From Phycisphaeraceae bacterium (GTDB lineage Bacteria > Planctomycetota > Phycisphaerae > Phycisphaerales > Phycisphaeraceae), in NCBI GenBank assembly GCA_963674705.1, contig OY771506.1, positions 2,464,001 through 2,528,000 on the forward strand: 64,000 bases of DNA, given 5' to 3'. A program made the translations under genes and the position numbers. Below are positions 55,301 to 63,757 of this stretch, in pieces. How positions within the stretch are numbered: the stretch's first letter is position 1; every line of letters starts with the position of its first letter. The notes under the pieces were generated by a model. That model was given only the letters and a program-made list of their open reading frames with translations. It did not search any database and had not been told where the DNA came from.

Positions 55301-56288
55301 GTTGACTTCATCGGGCCTGTCCACCGGCAACTGGTACCACGTCGTCGTCTGTTGGGGCGTAAGCGGATTCAAACTCTTCAAAAACGGTGTCGAAGTCGAT
55401 AGCGACAGCTACGTCGGCGGGCTTAGTTCCACCTCCGGCGGGATCGGCAACTATGAACCAATCGCCATCGGCGCAGGCACATGGACCAGCGATGACAAAC
55501 TGATCACACCCATCACTTATCCGTTCGATGGGGTGATCGACGATGTCCGTATCTACGATCAGGCTTTGAATGAAGACCAGGCCGCCGAACTCTACAACGG
55601 CGAAGAACCTACCGGCGGCCTGCCCGCCACCGTCTATGACACCAGCGCCGTCGGCATCCCCGTCGACCTGACCATACAGGACCCGGAGAATGTCACGTGG
55701 GTCTCGGGTGGCGGCCTCACTATCGATTCTCCGACCGTGCTCTCCAGCTCGGGCGCTACCAACAAGATCTACAACGAACTGACGACGACCGATCAGATGG
55801 CGATGGAGATCGTGTTTACACCAGCCAATGTCAGCCAGACCGGGCCCGCGCGCATCGTCTCGCTCTCCGGCAGCGCCTCGTCACGCAACTTCACCTTCGG
55901 ACAGGAAGGTAGTACCTACGACTTCCGCCTGCGTACATCCACCAGCACCAGCAACGGCTTGCCGGCGATCGTGTCGTCACCTGTGCTCGCTGCTGATGCT
56001 CGCGAACACATCGTCATTTCCTACGACGGCGAGAAGGTAGACATCTACCGTAACGGCACGCTCGAAATCTCTGAAGAACGTACAGGCACTTTCAACTGGG
56101 ACAGCACGTTCCAACTGCTGATGTGTGATGAAGCCGGCGGCGGAAGGGAATGGCTCGGTACGCTCCACCGTGTCTCCATCTACAACAAAGCCTTCAACGC
56201 CGTTCAGGCCGGAAACGTCTTCATCGGCGACCCGCCCGGCAACGGCATTGCCCCCAGCATCGGCGCCACCAACTGGGTCGAACAATAA
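52314..56288 (+). CDS. PilX/GspK-like pilin fused to multiple LamG/concanavalin-like domains (putative tip adhesin)
   Basis: SG|VAMILVLIAVSIA (no Glu5), ARSVAESA; LamG motifs HWTFDD..., WYHVAGTW, GLIDDARIY, GVIDDVRIY and GPARIVSLS. Confidence 0.88.
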   Translation: MMWQTTRSRQSGRQTHNACTQYHLARNPRRSGVAMILVLIAVSIATILSLSFLASQATTHGVSQNIQNQAQARSVAESALVAAINYVQNNSDFRDVKTNGLWASDVSFNGGTFDLYGYDGVDTDDDGVVDDTDGDLADDNTDPLTLTVVGHYNGVSHTVHAVVTVGAGVPDKDILMIVDNDSSLSTLETQRKELIESWGWAVTVLSDSATSSEYDTVLEEVDAVLVSDSANAGSVNTKLREATIGVVIEQRGILDDMKLSTGSSTYNGISIDIVDANHYITNPFGNGTLTLTASNVALGTPSGGLATGLTTLAERPSSSTPVVVVMESGAPLYSSGIAAGRRVWIPTGSIPVSDMTADAKTLFERAMLWASGGDADQFISGHWTFDDGVGQVAYDSSGNAQHGPITAGSPSTTWTAGMVYGALQFDGTGDGFVRIPDSDVLDLSEEGTLTAWVYLTGYQNFMGIIHKGEDKDWDDEAYSLQFWTSRKLALTFTTASGQKRIVGKGSLSNGQWYHVAGTWGPNGMYLYINGEEDNSNSITAVGVPSTGSVQIGSQLSEYYNSSYRNFPFRGLIDDARIYRRTLTAGEIKAIYDEATANHDAPQLIALYEFQKNIPEPPTMLAHWPLDDTVSGGGAGFAVAIGDQLSMYVDTVIDSYASSNGAYGGANVGSDAYASTNTTSSNRVELTGNAKIAGDFDVGPGGNPSTVIQSSSSIGITGATGTLTSTVSYPSISVPSGLPSSSGNQTYNGGSHTISSDTVFQNLTFYNYATLTINGDVTIQVIGNLNVSSGYIVLAPGATLRMYVGGNVTVYNNSYVNNDSTRTSDFTLYMYGSNKKLSMTSNNVMSGLIYVSGDAELYTNATVYGAIFVNDDLTMSADAAIHIDTNLAGKSLVATDEVNGNDGSDSGGVTSGVSGCGDGGTAFEFDGSDDYIAIAHDNKYLLDNGSVSLWFKSDNLSGHKAIFSKDSKNYDTGGHLHIYTDGSTLKARLQSTSSEVTLTSSGLSTGNWYHVVVCWGVSGFKLFKNGVEVDSDSYVGGLSSTSGGIGNYEPIAIGAGTWTSDDKLITPITYPFDGVIDDVRIYDQALNEDQAAELYNGEEPTGGLPATVYDTSAVGIPVDLTIQDPENVTWVSGGGLTIDSPTVLSSSGATNKIYNELTTTDQMAMEIVFTPANVSQTGPARIVSLSGSASSRNFTFGQEGSTYDFRLRTSTSTSNGLPAIVSSPVLAADAREHIVISYDGEKVDIYRNGTLEISEERTGTFNWDSTFQLLMCDEAGGGREWLGTLHRVSIYNKAFNAVQAGNVFIGDPPGNGIAPSIGATNWVEQ

Positions 56289-56368
56289 ACCTGAACCCCC
56301 AAAGACCAACAAGCCGCGGGCTGCCAGCCCGCGCGCACCTAACCACGCCTCTTTGTTTAATCAACCTA

Positions 56369-56400
56369 TAAAAAAAACCCCAAGCTAAACACTTGGGGCT
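56369..56400 (-). terminator. Probable terminator downstream of ndk
   Basis: CCCCAAG-CTAAACA-CTTGGGG stem preceded by an A-run on + (U-tail on -). Confidence 0.65.
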
Positions 56401-56456
56401 GCAAGAATACACTCGACTATTCATCTACGCCGATCATCCGATCGGCTCGATCAGCA

Positions 56457-56918
56457 TCAAAGGTCCGACGGATCGTACACCCACTTTTCGATCGTGCGAT
56501 CCACATCCGTCAGTTCTTCCTTCGTGAACCAAAGCGCCAGTTCGCGCTCGGCCGACTCGGGGCTGTCCGAGCCGTGGATCATGTTGTACCCGCCGGACAT
56601 CCCGAAGTCGCCGCGGATCGTACCCGGGTCCGCCTTGCGGCCGTTGGTCGCACCGATCAGCGTTCGGCAAACCGTTACCGCATCCAGCCCCTGGATCGCC
56701 AGCACCATTACCGGCGAGCTGGTCACGAACGCCAGAAGCCCGTCATAAAACGGCTTGCCCTTGTGCTCCGCGTAGTGCTTCTCGGCCAGTTCCTTCGGCA
56801 CCATCATCAGCTTCGCGCCCACGATACGCAGGCCCTTGCGCTCAAAACGCTGAAGGATCTGGCCCGCCAGGCCGCGTTGGATAGCATCGGGTTTCAGGAT
56901 AATCAGGGATGTCTGCAT
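56457..56918 (-). CDS. ndk: Nucleoside diphosphate kinase
   Basis: ILKPDAIQRGL, HYAEHKGKPFY, PGTIRGDF and NMIHGSDS. Confidence 0.97.
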   Translation of the reverse strand: MQTSLIILKPDAIQRGLAGQILQRFERKGLRIVGAKLMMVPKELAEKHYAEHKGKPFYDGLLAFVTSSPVMVLAIQGLDAVTVCRTLIGATNGRKADPGTIRGDFGMSGGYNMIHGSDSPESAERELALWFTKEELTDVDRTIEKWVYDPSDL

Positions 56919-57023
56919 GGTGGATATCTCAATCTCGGGGTTATCGGGGACCGTGTTATCCCGGATATGCCCCAAGATTTCAAGCCGAGTATACAATCAC
57001 GTTAAAACATAATGGCCTCGAAC

Positions 57024-57061
57024 TTAGCCTTCCCACAGCCCCAGCATCGACCCGACAATCT
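57024..57061 (-). pseudogene. Orphan out-of-frame C-terminal fragment of an FG-GAP gene (IVGSMLGLWEG*)
   Basis: Matches the termini of the paralogs at 58845 (IAGSMLGLWEA*) and 60462 (PAGPILGLWEG*) at both DNA and protein level. Confidence 0.7.
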
Positions 57062-58606
57062 CTAGCGCAACGCCGATGAACCCGCCGGCTGCCAGGCCGG
57101 GTCCCGCTCCATCAGCCAGGGGGTTTCTGCATCCAACACCATCTTATCCTGCATGATCCAGAGCATGCTCCTGTCCGAGGTCGTGCTGCGCCATAGGATG
57201 TTCGTTCGACTATTGAATTCGCTTTTAAAGACCCCGGCAATCTGCCAGCTATCTGTTTGTGAATCATCCCGCAGAGTGAGGTCCACATAATTGCCGGTGT
57301 AGTTTTCACGGATGATGTTCACATCCGATTGAAACTTATAGTCGCCATAACTGGCGGTCTCAGAATACGACCAGCCGGTTTCACCAAGCGCAGAGATGTC
57401 GGATCGCTGTTTATAGTTCAGCCGATCCATCTCCCACACGCTGTTCAAACCGGTCCTGCTGTTCCGCCACAGGATGTCCTGGATGCCGTCGCCGTTGAAG
57501 TCGTCCACGCCACCGACCTGCCACTGCTGGAACGCAAGGTCTTGAATCATGTGGCTCGCGGTTAAGTTCGTGCCATCCATCTCCCACACTGCGTTACGCC
57601 CATCCTGGCTGTTGCGCCAGAGGATGTCCTGCTTTCCATCGCCCGTGAAGTCGCCCACGCCGGCGATGTGCCAGGCTTTGGCCCTCAGGTCCTGCAGCAG
57701 ATGACTTGCCACGAAGTCCGTGCCGTCCATCTCCCACACCGCATTGCGTCCGTCCTCGCTGTTGCGCCAGAGGATGTCGTTCTTGCCGTCACCGGTGAAG
57801 TCACCCGTGCCCACCAGTTCCCAATCGATATCGCGCAGCCGGCGCAACCTGATCGGGTCGTGCTGCTGGTCCCAGGTGATCTGCCACAACTCGTTCTCAC
57901 CCGTCTGCGTGTTATGCCACAACATGTCGGTCCAGCCGTCGCCGGTAAAGTCACCCTTCACCGCTTGCGGTGGTGCGGATTCAGGCGGACGGTTCGAGAT
58001 AAAGTTCCCGTCTTTGATTGAACCGATATCAAACCAAGTTATGTCGCGCCTGGAACGGTTCAGCCTGACCGACCACGTCCCTTCAGCATCATCCGAAAGC
58101 GTGATGCGTGCGATGTCGATATGGTCCGAACCGTAGTAATAGTAAAAAGCATCAAATGCGACATTGATCTGCTCAGAATCGAACTTGTAGTAAGGATTCC
58201 CGGGGCCACCGGTCAGGCCAATATAGCCGTCCCGGAGGTCACCGTAGTACATGTCAATACTGCCGGTATAGGTGTCGAACTCACTCGTGGGATGATAATC
58301 TTTTAACGTATGCGGGGGTGCCATGTCCAAACCCGCCGGGTCCTGATATATCTCACCCTTGGTCAGCTTCACGCGCAGGGTGGCCGTGTCCCAATAGTCT
58401 GTGGTCGGGGCAACCAGGTCGGTGGTGGTGTATCCGCTGAGCTGCGACGTGTTGTCCACCAGCGTAAAGTCGATCCCCTCTGAACCCGACAGCAACAGCC
58501 TGTCCTCGAGCGACTCCAACCGAGCAGGTATCTGATCACATTGCTGCAGGATCAGCGCCTCGCTATTCCTTGCCAAGCGCCCCTTACGCGAAATCCAGAA
58601 CTTCAT
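57062..58606 (-). CDS. FG-GAP/VCBS-repeat protein with planctomycete LExRxLLS N-terminal motif (paralog 1, divergent C-terminus)
   Basis: LESLEDRLLLSG; four GDFTGDG..DILWRN repeats plus two degenerate ones. Confidence 0.85.
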   Translation of the reverse strand: MKFWISRKGRLARNSEALILQQCDQIPARLESLEDRLLLSGSEGIDFTLVDNTSQLSGYTTTDLVAPTTDYWDTATLRVKLTKGEIYQDPAGLDMAPPHTLKDYHPTSEFDTYTGSIDMYYGDLRDGYIGLTGGPGNPYYKFDSEQINVAFDAFYYYYGSDHIDIARITLSDDAEGTWSVRLNRSRRDITWFDIGSIKDGNFISNRPPESAPPQAVKGDFTGDGWTDMLWHNTQTGENELWQITWDQQHDPIRLRRLRDIDWELVGTGDFTGDGKNDILWRNSEDGRNAVWEMDGTDFVASHLLQDLRAKAWHIAGVGDFTGDGKQDILWRNSQDGRNAVWEMDGTNLTASHMIQDLAFQQWQVGGVDDFNGDGIQDILWRNSRTGLNSVWEMDRLNYKQRSDISALGETGWSYSETASYGDYKFQSDVNIIRENYTGNYVDLTLRDDSQTDSWQIAGVFKSEFNSRTNILWRSTTSDRSMLWIMQDKMVLDAETPWLMERDPAWQPAGSSALR

Positions 58607-58844
58607 CGTGACCTCCCGGCATCCGGTGAATCCGGACAGTGGTAAACCGTCCGATAACGTATGGCCTTAATACGCGCCCATGTTTACAGAAGTATCGGAT
58701 TTATTACAGGTTAGGGAAAGTCAAAATGCGGCACCCCCGTATCAATAGGGCTTATCGATACGGGTCCGATCGGTTAGTTGGATTAGATGACAGTCAACAC
58801 CCAACAATCGGCTGCTTGCTGCTTTATGACCGATAAGACCTTGC

Positions 58845-60290
58845 TCAGGCTTCCCACAATCCCAGCATCGATCCGGCGATCTGCCAGTCCTGACTCGCCT
58901 GGCTGGGCAGCCAATGAACGCTCTGATAGCTGCTGCTATTCATCTGCCAGATCACGTTTTGACCGGTCGAGGTATTGCGCCACAGGATGTCCGTCTTGCC
59001 GTCGCCGGTGAAGTCCGCCACCTGCGCCATCTGCCAGTTCTGGTCTTTGACGCGTTTGATCTGCTGGTTGCTGTCGTATTGCGTGCCCTGCATATACCAG
59101 ACAAGGTTGCGGCCGTTCTGCATATTGCGCCAGAGCAGGTCGGTTTCGCCGTCAGCATTGAAGTCACCAGCCCCGACGATCTGCCAGTCTGTACTCTTGA
59201 CACGTTTTAGGCTGTGTTTCTGTTGATAGCTCGTGCCGTTCATCTCCCATACGACATTCTGGCCCGTGGTCGCATGGCGCCAGACGATGTCCAATTGTCC
59301 ATCACCCGTCATGTCCGCGACCGCAGCCACCTGCCAGCGTAAGTCACTGACTGTTGTCAGATCATGATGCACGCCGCCGACGCCGTCTTCGGTCTGTTCG
59401 ATGTATATACGCCCATCAGCGGTATTGCGCCAAAGCGTATCGGTCTTGCCATCGCCAGTGAAGTCGCCCACGCCCACCGTGACCCAGTCGGTATCTGCGG
59501 TGGCGTTGGCCAACGCGCTGGAAGATTCAAACGTCTCGTCGTCCATCGACCAGATCACGGTTTCGCCCGTGTTGCCGTTGCGCCAGACGATATCGACATC
59601 CCCGTCGTAATCGAAGTCGCCAGCCACGTTCAGCACATCCGGATCAGGACCGGGACCCGGCGCCGTTATCTGAAGAACACCCGACTCAATCGTTCCCGAG
59701 CCCGTCGCATCACCGCTGAATGTGTAGTACGACCACGTCCCGACCGCATCATCACTCAGCGTAATGCGCGCAATAGCAAATGTTCCGGTGTCGCCTGCAC
59801 TGGCGTTGAACCAGGAAATACTCAGCACCGAATCATCAAATTGAAGCGCGCCACCTCCCAGGTCGCCCGCACCTCCTGCAACAGAGACATTACTCACATC
59901 TCCACCCACCGACGTGTCGAACCCCAGTGCAGGTACAACATCGACTACTGCTTGGTTTGGTGCAGTGTTGCTGCCAAGCTCATGCTGATAGATCGTGCCC
60001 GATGTCAGTTCCAGCAGTAGCGCAGCTGACATCCAGTCCGAATCGGTTGTGACTTGCAGGTCGTAAGTGTGATAGCCCGATAACGCGCTGCTGTTGTCGA
60101 CCTCGACAAGCGCGACAGAGCCCGACAAGAGTACCCTTGGCTCCAAGACATCAAACGTCGGTACGATTTTCGGATATGTCCCGGAACACTCGGATCGATC
60201 CCCGTTACTTCTCAGCACAGCAAAACTCCCCTGGCTGGTGTTAGCGTGTGTTATAAACATACACAATATGAACAGGCATCGACCAGCCAT
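58845..60290 (-). CDS. FG-GAP/VCBS-repeat protein with LEPRVLLS motif (paralog 2)
   Basis: LEPRVLLSG; five GDF.GDG..D..WR repeats. Start uncertain. Confidence 0.85.
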   Translation of the reverse strand: MAGRCLFILCMFITHANTSQGSFAVLRSNGDRSECSGTYPKIVPTFDVLEPRVLLSGSVALVEVDNSSALSGYHTYDLQVTTDSDWMSAALLLELTSGTIYQHELGSNTAPNQAVVDVVPALGFDTSVGGDVSNVSVAGGAGDLGGGALQFDDSVLSISWFNASAGDTGTFAIARITLSDDAVGTWSYYTFSGDATGSGTIESGVLQITAPGPGPDPDVLNVAGDFDYDGDVDIVWRNGNTGETVIWSMDDETFESSSALANATADTDWVTVGVGDFTGDGKTDTLWRNTADGRIYIEQTEDGVGGVHHDLTTVSDLRWQVAAVADMTGDGQLDIVWRHATTGQNVVWEMNGTSYQQKHSLKRVKSTDWQIVGAGDFNADGETDLLWRNMQNGRNLVWYMQGTQYDSNQQIKRVKDQNWQMAQVADFTGDGKTDILWRNTSTGQNVIWQMNSSSYQSVHWLPSQASQDWQIAGSMLGLWEA

Positions 60291-60461
60291 CTCTTCAGCA
60301 TTAGGTTAACTGTATTGATAAGACCTGAATTATCGGTGTGGACTCGGTTTTGAGGATAAAGCAGGCTGGATAACGCACTTGGATATGTTCTACAAGGCTT
60401 CACAACATGCGAGTAGCTGCGCCCGATAACAAGCGTGATCGGTTGCAGCGTGATCGGCCGA

Positions 60462-61871
60462 TCAGCCTTCCCACAGCCCCAGGATCGGCCCGGCCGGCTG
60501 GTCATCAAGGTCCACCCGGGATGGTAACCACAACACGCCCAGGTAGACCTCGTTGTTCATCTCCCAGACAAGGTTGTCGCCGTTACTGGTATTACGCCAT
60601 AGGATGTCCGCCTTCCCGTCACCCGTGTAATCCGCGATCCCCGCGACCTGCCAGGAAAGATTCTTCACACGCCTCAGCGCCGAAGCCGCCGAGAACGTTA
60701 AACCATCCATCTCCCAGACGGTGTTCCTGCCGTTGTCTGAATGACGCCAGAGGATGTCATCCTTGTTATCGCCGTTGAAGTCACCGACGCCGACCGCCTG
60801 CCACTTGAGGTTGGTCAGTTCGTTGATGAAGGTTGCTGTGACAAAGTCGGTGCCGTTCATCTCCCAGACAGCGTTTTTACCGTTACCGGTATGCCGCCAG
60901 AGGATGTCCTTGCTGCCGTCGCCGTTAAAGTCGCCGACGCCCGCGACCTGCCATGCTGTGTACGCCAGTTCTTTGAGGTAAATCGACTGAACAAAGTCTG
61001 TCCCGTCCATTTCCCAGATCGCGTTGCTGCCGTCGGAAACATTACGCAGTAGTAGATCGTTCTTGCCGTCACCCGTGAAGTCACCCGTGCCGACGACCTT
61101 CCAATCCGTATTGAAGATGCGTCGCACGTCGTGCTCAACCGTGAAGGTCGTGCCATCCATCTCCCAGACGCTATTTTCTCCACTGGCGGTGTCGTGCCAG
61201 AAGATATCCGCCTTGCCGTCGCCGGTGAAGTCGCCGTTGACCGCTTCCGATGCCGGCGGGTCCGGCGGTTCAGCCAGTTCGCCATTGCTGAACGCCATAT
61301 TAACGACTACATACTTTTCGCTGGCATTATTCAATAGTTTCAGCGACCACGTCCCGACCGCGTCATCGCTGAGTGTGATACGTCCGATTGTGATCGTGCC
61401 GGTGTCAGCACCTGTGGTGTCGAACCAACTGATATCCAGCTCTACGGTATCGAATTGATAAGCATCGCCCCCGACATCACCCGCGCCCCCGGCAATGCTC
61501 GGTGTCCCTCCGTTTGCCGAAACGTAAGTGTCATACTCCAGCGTCGGGAACGTACCAAACAACCCGGCATTCGGTGTCGTGGCGCTGCCCGCCGCGTCCT
61601 GGTAGATCGATCCATGCGTCAAGGTCAACAACAACGCCGCAGCTGTCCAGTCGCTGCCCGTTGTCACCTGCAGGTCCGCGGTCGTGTAGCCGGTCAACGC
61701 ATCCGTGTTATCCACCCACACAAACTCCGCGGTCATGCTGCCGGACAGCATCCACCTCGGCTCAAGCGCTTCAAAACCACCGCCCGCCTCTCGGCAACAG
61801 CGTGGTCGAGTCAATTCAGTTACGCAACGCTCATGCATCATGTCGTTGAACCAGGCCCCCGATCCAAACAC
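60462..61871 (-). CDS. FG-GAP/VCBS-repeat protein with LEPRWMLS motif (paralog 3)
   Basis: LEPRWMLSG; five GDF.GDG..DILWR repeats. Start uncertain. Confidence 0.85.
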   Translation of the reverse strand: MFGSGAWFNDMMHERCVTELTRPRCCREAGGGFEALEPRWMLSGSMTAEFVWVDNTDALTGYTTADLQVTTGSDWTAAALLLTLTHGSIYQDAAGSATTPNAGLFGTFPTLEYDTYVSANGGTPSIAGGAGDVGGDAYQFDTVELDISWFDTTGADTGTITIGRITLSDDAVGTWSLKLLNNASEKYVVVNMAFSNGELAEPPDPPASEAVNGDFTGDGKADIFWHDTASGENSVWEMDGTTFTVEHDVRRIFNTDWKVVGTGDFTGDGKNDLLLRNVSDGSNAIWEMDGTDFVQSIYLKELAYTAWQVAGVGDFNGDGSKDILWRHTGNGKNAVWEMNGTDFVTATFINELTNLKWQAVGVGDFNGDNKDDILWRHSDNGRNTVWEMDGLTFSAASALRRVKNLSWQVAGIADYTGDGKADILWRNTSNGDNLVWEMNNEVYLGVLWLPSRVDLDDQPAGPILGLWEG

Positions 61872-62007
61872 AAGCCGTCCGACCCATCCATCGCTGGATG
61901 CAGTCCACCCTCAAGCATGCCCGAAGAATCCACCCTGACAAGATGCAATCGTTAGATTCCCCATGCGCTAGGTCATATCCCAAACCGCACAAGCTCTACG
62001 ATCACTA

Positions 62008-63087
62008 CTATCCGTGTATCCGTACCGGTAGCCGTCGTCGTCCCCAGTGCCCGGCCACGTCCTCGAAGACCCCGGGTATCTTCGTCCCGCATCCCGGACA
62101 GCACCCGTCCTTAAGGTCGTAGACACCAAGATCATACCAGTTCCGTTCGATCAACAACATACCGCACCCCGGGCAGTATGTGCTTTCATTCGTCGGATCG
62201 TGAACGTTCCCGACATACGCAAAACGCGCCCCCGCATCCAGCGCGATCTGCCTTGCTCTCAGCAGCGTTTCGTGCGGCGTCCTGGGCGTGTCCATCATCT
62301 TGAAGTCCGGATGAAATGCTGTGAAGTGCACCGGTACATCGGGGCCAAGTTCATTAACGATCCAATCGCACATCGCACGCAACTCGTCATCCGAATCATT
62401 CTGCCCCGGTATCACAAGTGTTGTGATCTCGAACCACACATCCGTTTGCCGCTTCAGATAAACCAATGTGTCCAATACCGGCTGAAGATGCGTCTGTGTT
62501 AGTTTTCGATAAAACGTCTCGTTGAACGCTTTGAGGTCGACGTTCGCCGCATCGATATGATCGAAGAACTCGCCCCGTGCCTCTTCGCTGATATACCCCG
62601 CCGTCACCGCCACCGTCTTCAAGCCCGCCGGCCGCGCCGCCTTCGCGATGTCGATCGCGTACTCCGCCCAGATCACCGGGTCGTTGTACGTAAACGCAAT
62701 GCTTCGGCTGCCCGTGTCCTTCGCCGCCTGCACGATCGCCTCCGGCGTCGCCAGTGATGCCAGCGTGTCCATCTCCCGGCTCTTGGAGATGTCCCAGTTC
62801 TGACAGAACTTACACCCCAGGTTGCACCCCGCCGTCCCCAGCGACAGCACCGCCGTACCAGGCAGAAAATGAGCTAACGGCTTCTTCTCGATCGGATCAA
62901 CACAGAACCCGCTGCTTCGGCCCCACGTCGTCAGTACCAGCTCGCCCCCGTGATTCGCCCGGACAAAGCAGAATCCACGCCCGCCATCCGGGATCTGACA
63001 CGCCCGCGGGCACAGCGTACACACGACCTTGCCCGTCTCCGCGTGCCTGTGCCACCACCTTGCCGGGTAATCCTGATCCGGGGACAT
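62008..63087 (-). CDS. amrS: AmmeMemoRadiSam system radical SAM enzyme
   Basis: CTLCPRAC, DPIEKKPL, GCNLGCKFCQNWDIS, AFTYNDP, AFHPDF and YVGNV. Confidence 0.92.
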   Translation of the reverse strand: MSPDQDYPARWWHRHAETGKVVCTLCPRACQIPDGGRGFCFVRANHGGELVLTTWGRSSGFCVDPIEKKPLAHFLPGTAVLSLGTAGCNLGCKFCQNWDISKSREMDTLASLATPEAIVQAAKDTGSRSIAFTYNDPVIWAEYAIDIAKAARPAGLKTVAVTAGYISEEARGEFFDHIDAANVDLKAFNETFYRKLTQTHLQPVLDTLVYLKRQTDVWFEITTLVIPGQNDSDDELRAMCDWIVNELGPDVPVHFTAFHPDFKMMDTPRTPHETLLRARQIALDAGARFAYVGNVHDPTNESTYCPGCGMLLIERNWYDLGVYDLKDGCCPGCGTKIPGVFEDVAGHWGRRRLPVRIHG

Positions 63088-63315
63088 GACTCACCTTTCC
63101 AGCGTTCATTCGATTATATGTCCAGCAATCTACAGATAAACCGATCCGCTCAGGACTTTGGCCCGTAATACAACCTCAAGCATCGAGTAGAAAAGGCCGG
63201 TTACCGCGCCTAGTATTCTATTCACAGCCGTTCGCGGCTTATTGCATTAATTATTGTTAATACTGATTTTACGGCCAATCTCCGGCCCGGACTCATCAGA
63301 GGGAGATCAAAAGAG

Positions 63316-63591
63316 ATGCTCAAGATCGAAGACGCTTGCGACCTGAACGGCAGAGCCCTGCAGCGTGGCGACACCGTAACCACCGTAGGTGGGGGGACCA
63401 CCGGCAAGATTAAGGACATCGTAGATGACGACGGCGCACTCTTTGTCGAGCTGCGCCCCCTGCATCGAGCCTCCGGCAAGGGCGTATGGCACGCCGCCGA
63501 CCGCCTCCTGTTTCTCTCCGCCGCCAACGGGAAAAAAACCTCCTCCACGACCGATCAGAATATCCCTAAAGCCCCAAAACGCAAGAAGTAA
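63316..63591 (+). CDS. Small hypothetical protein (SH3/KOW-like beta protein with basic tail)
   Basis: 91-aa ORF with LQRGDTVTT motif and upstream GGGAG. Confidence 0.55.
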   Translation: MLKIEDACDLNGRALQRGDTVTTVGGGTTGKIKDIVDDDGALFVELRPLHRASGKGVWHAADRLLFLSAANGKKTSSTTDQNIPKAPKRKK

Positions 63592-63757
63592 CTAACCCTT
63601 TTCGGACCGCTTGCGGTTAATACTTTAAATTTTACCTAACTTTACATTGTTATCCGGCACCTGACCCGGTAGCATATTCACTTTCAGTAATACCCACCGT
63701 CACCCTCAAGCCCGTCTATGTTGCCGGGCCCAATGATATTCACACGGTCAGGGAACC

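Noticed and set aside
57062..61871. Diversity-generating retroelement acting on the FG-GAP genes
   Set aside because: No reverse transcriptase in the window and no near-identical template/variable repeat pair with adenine-specific differences seen.
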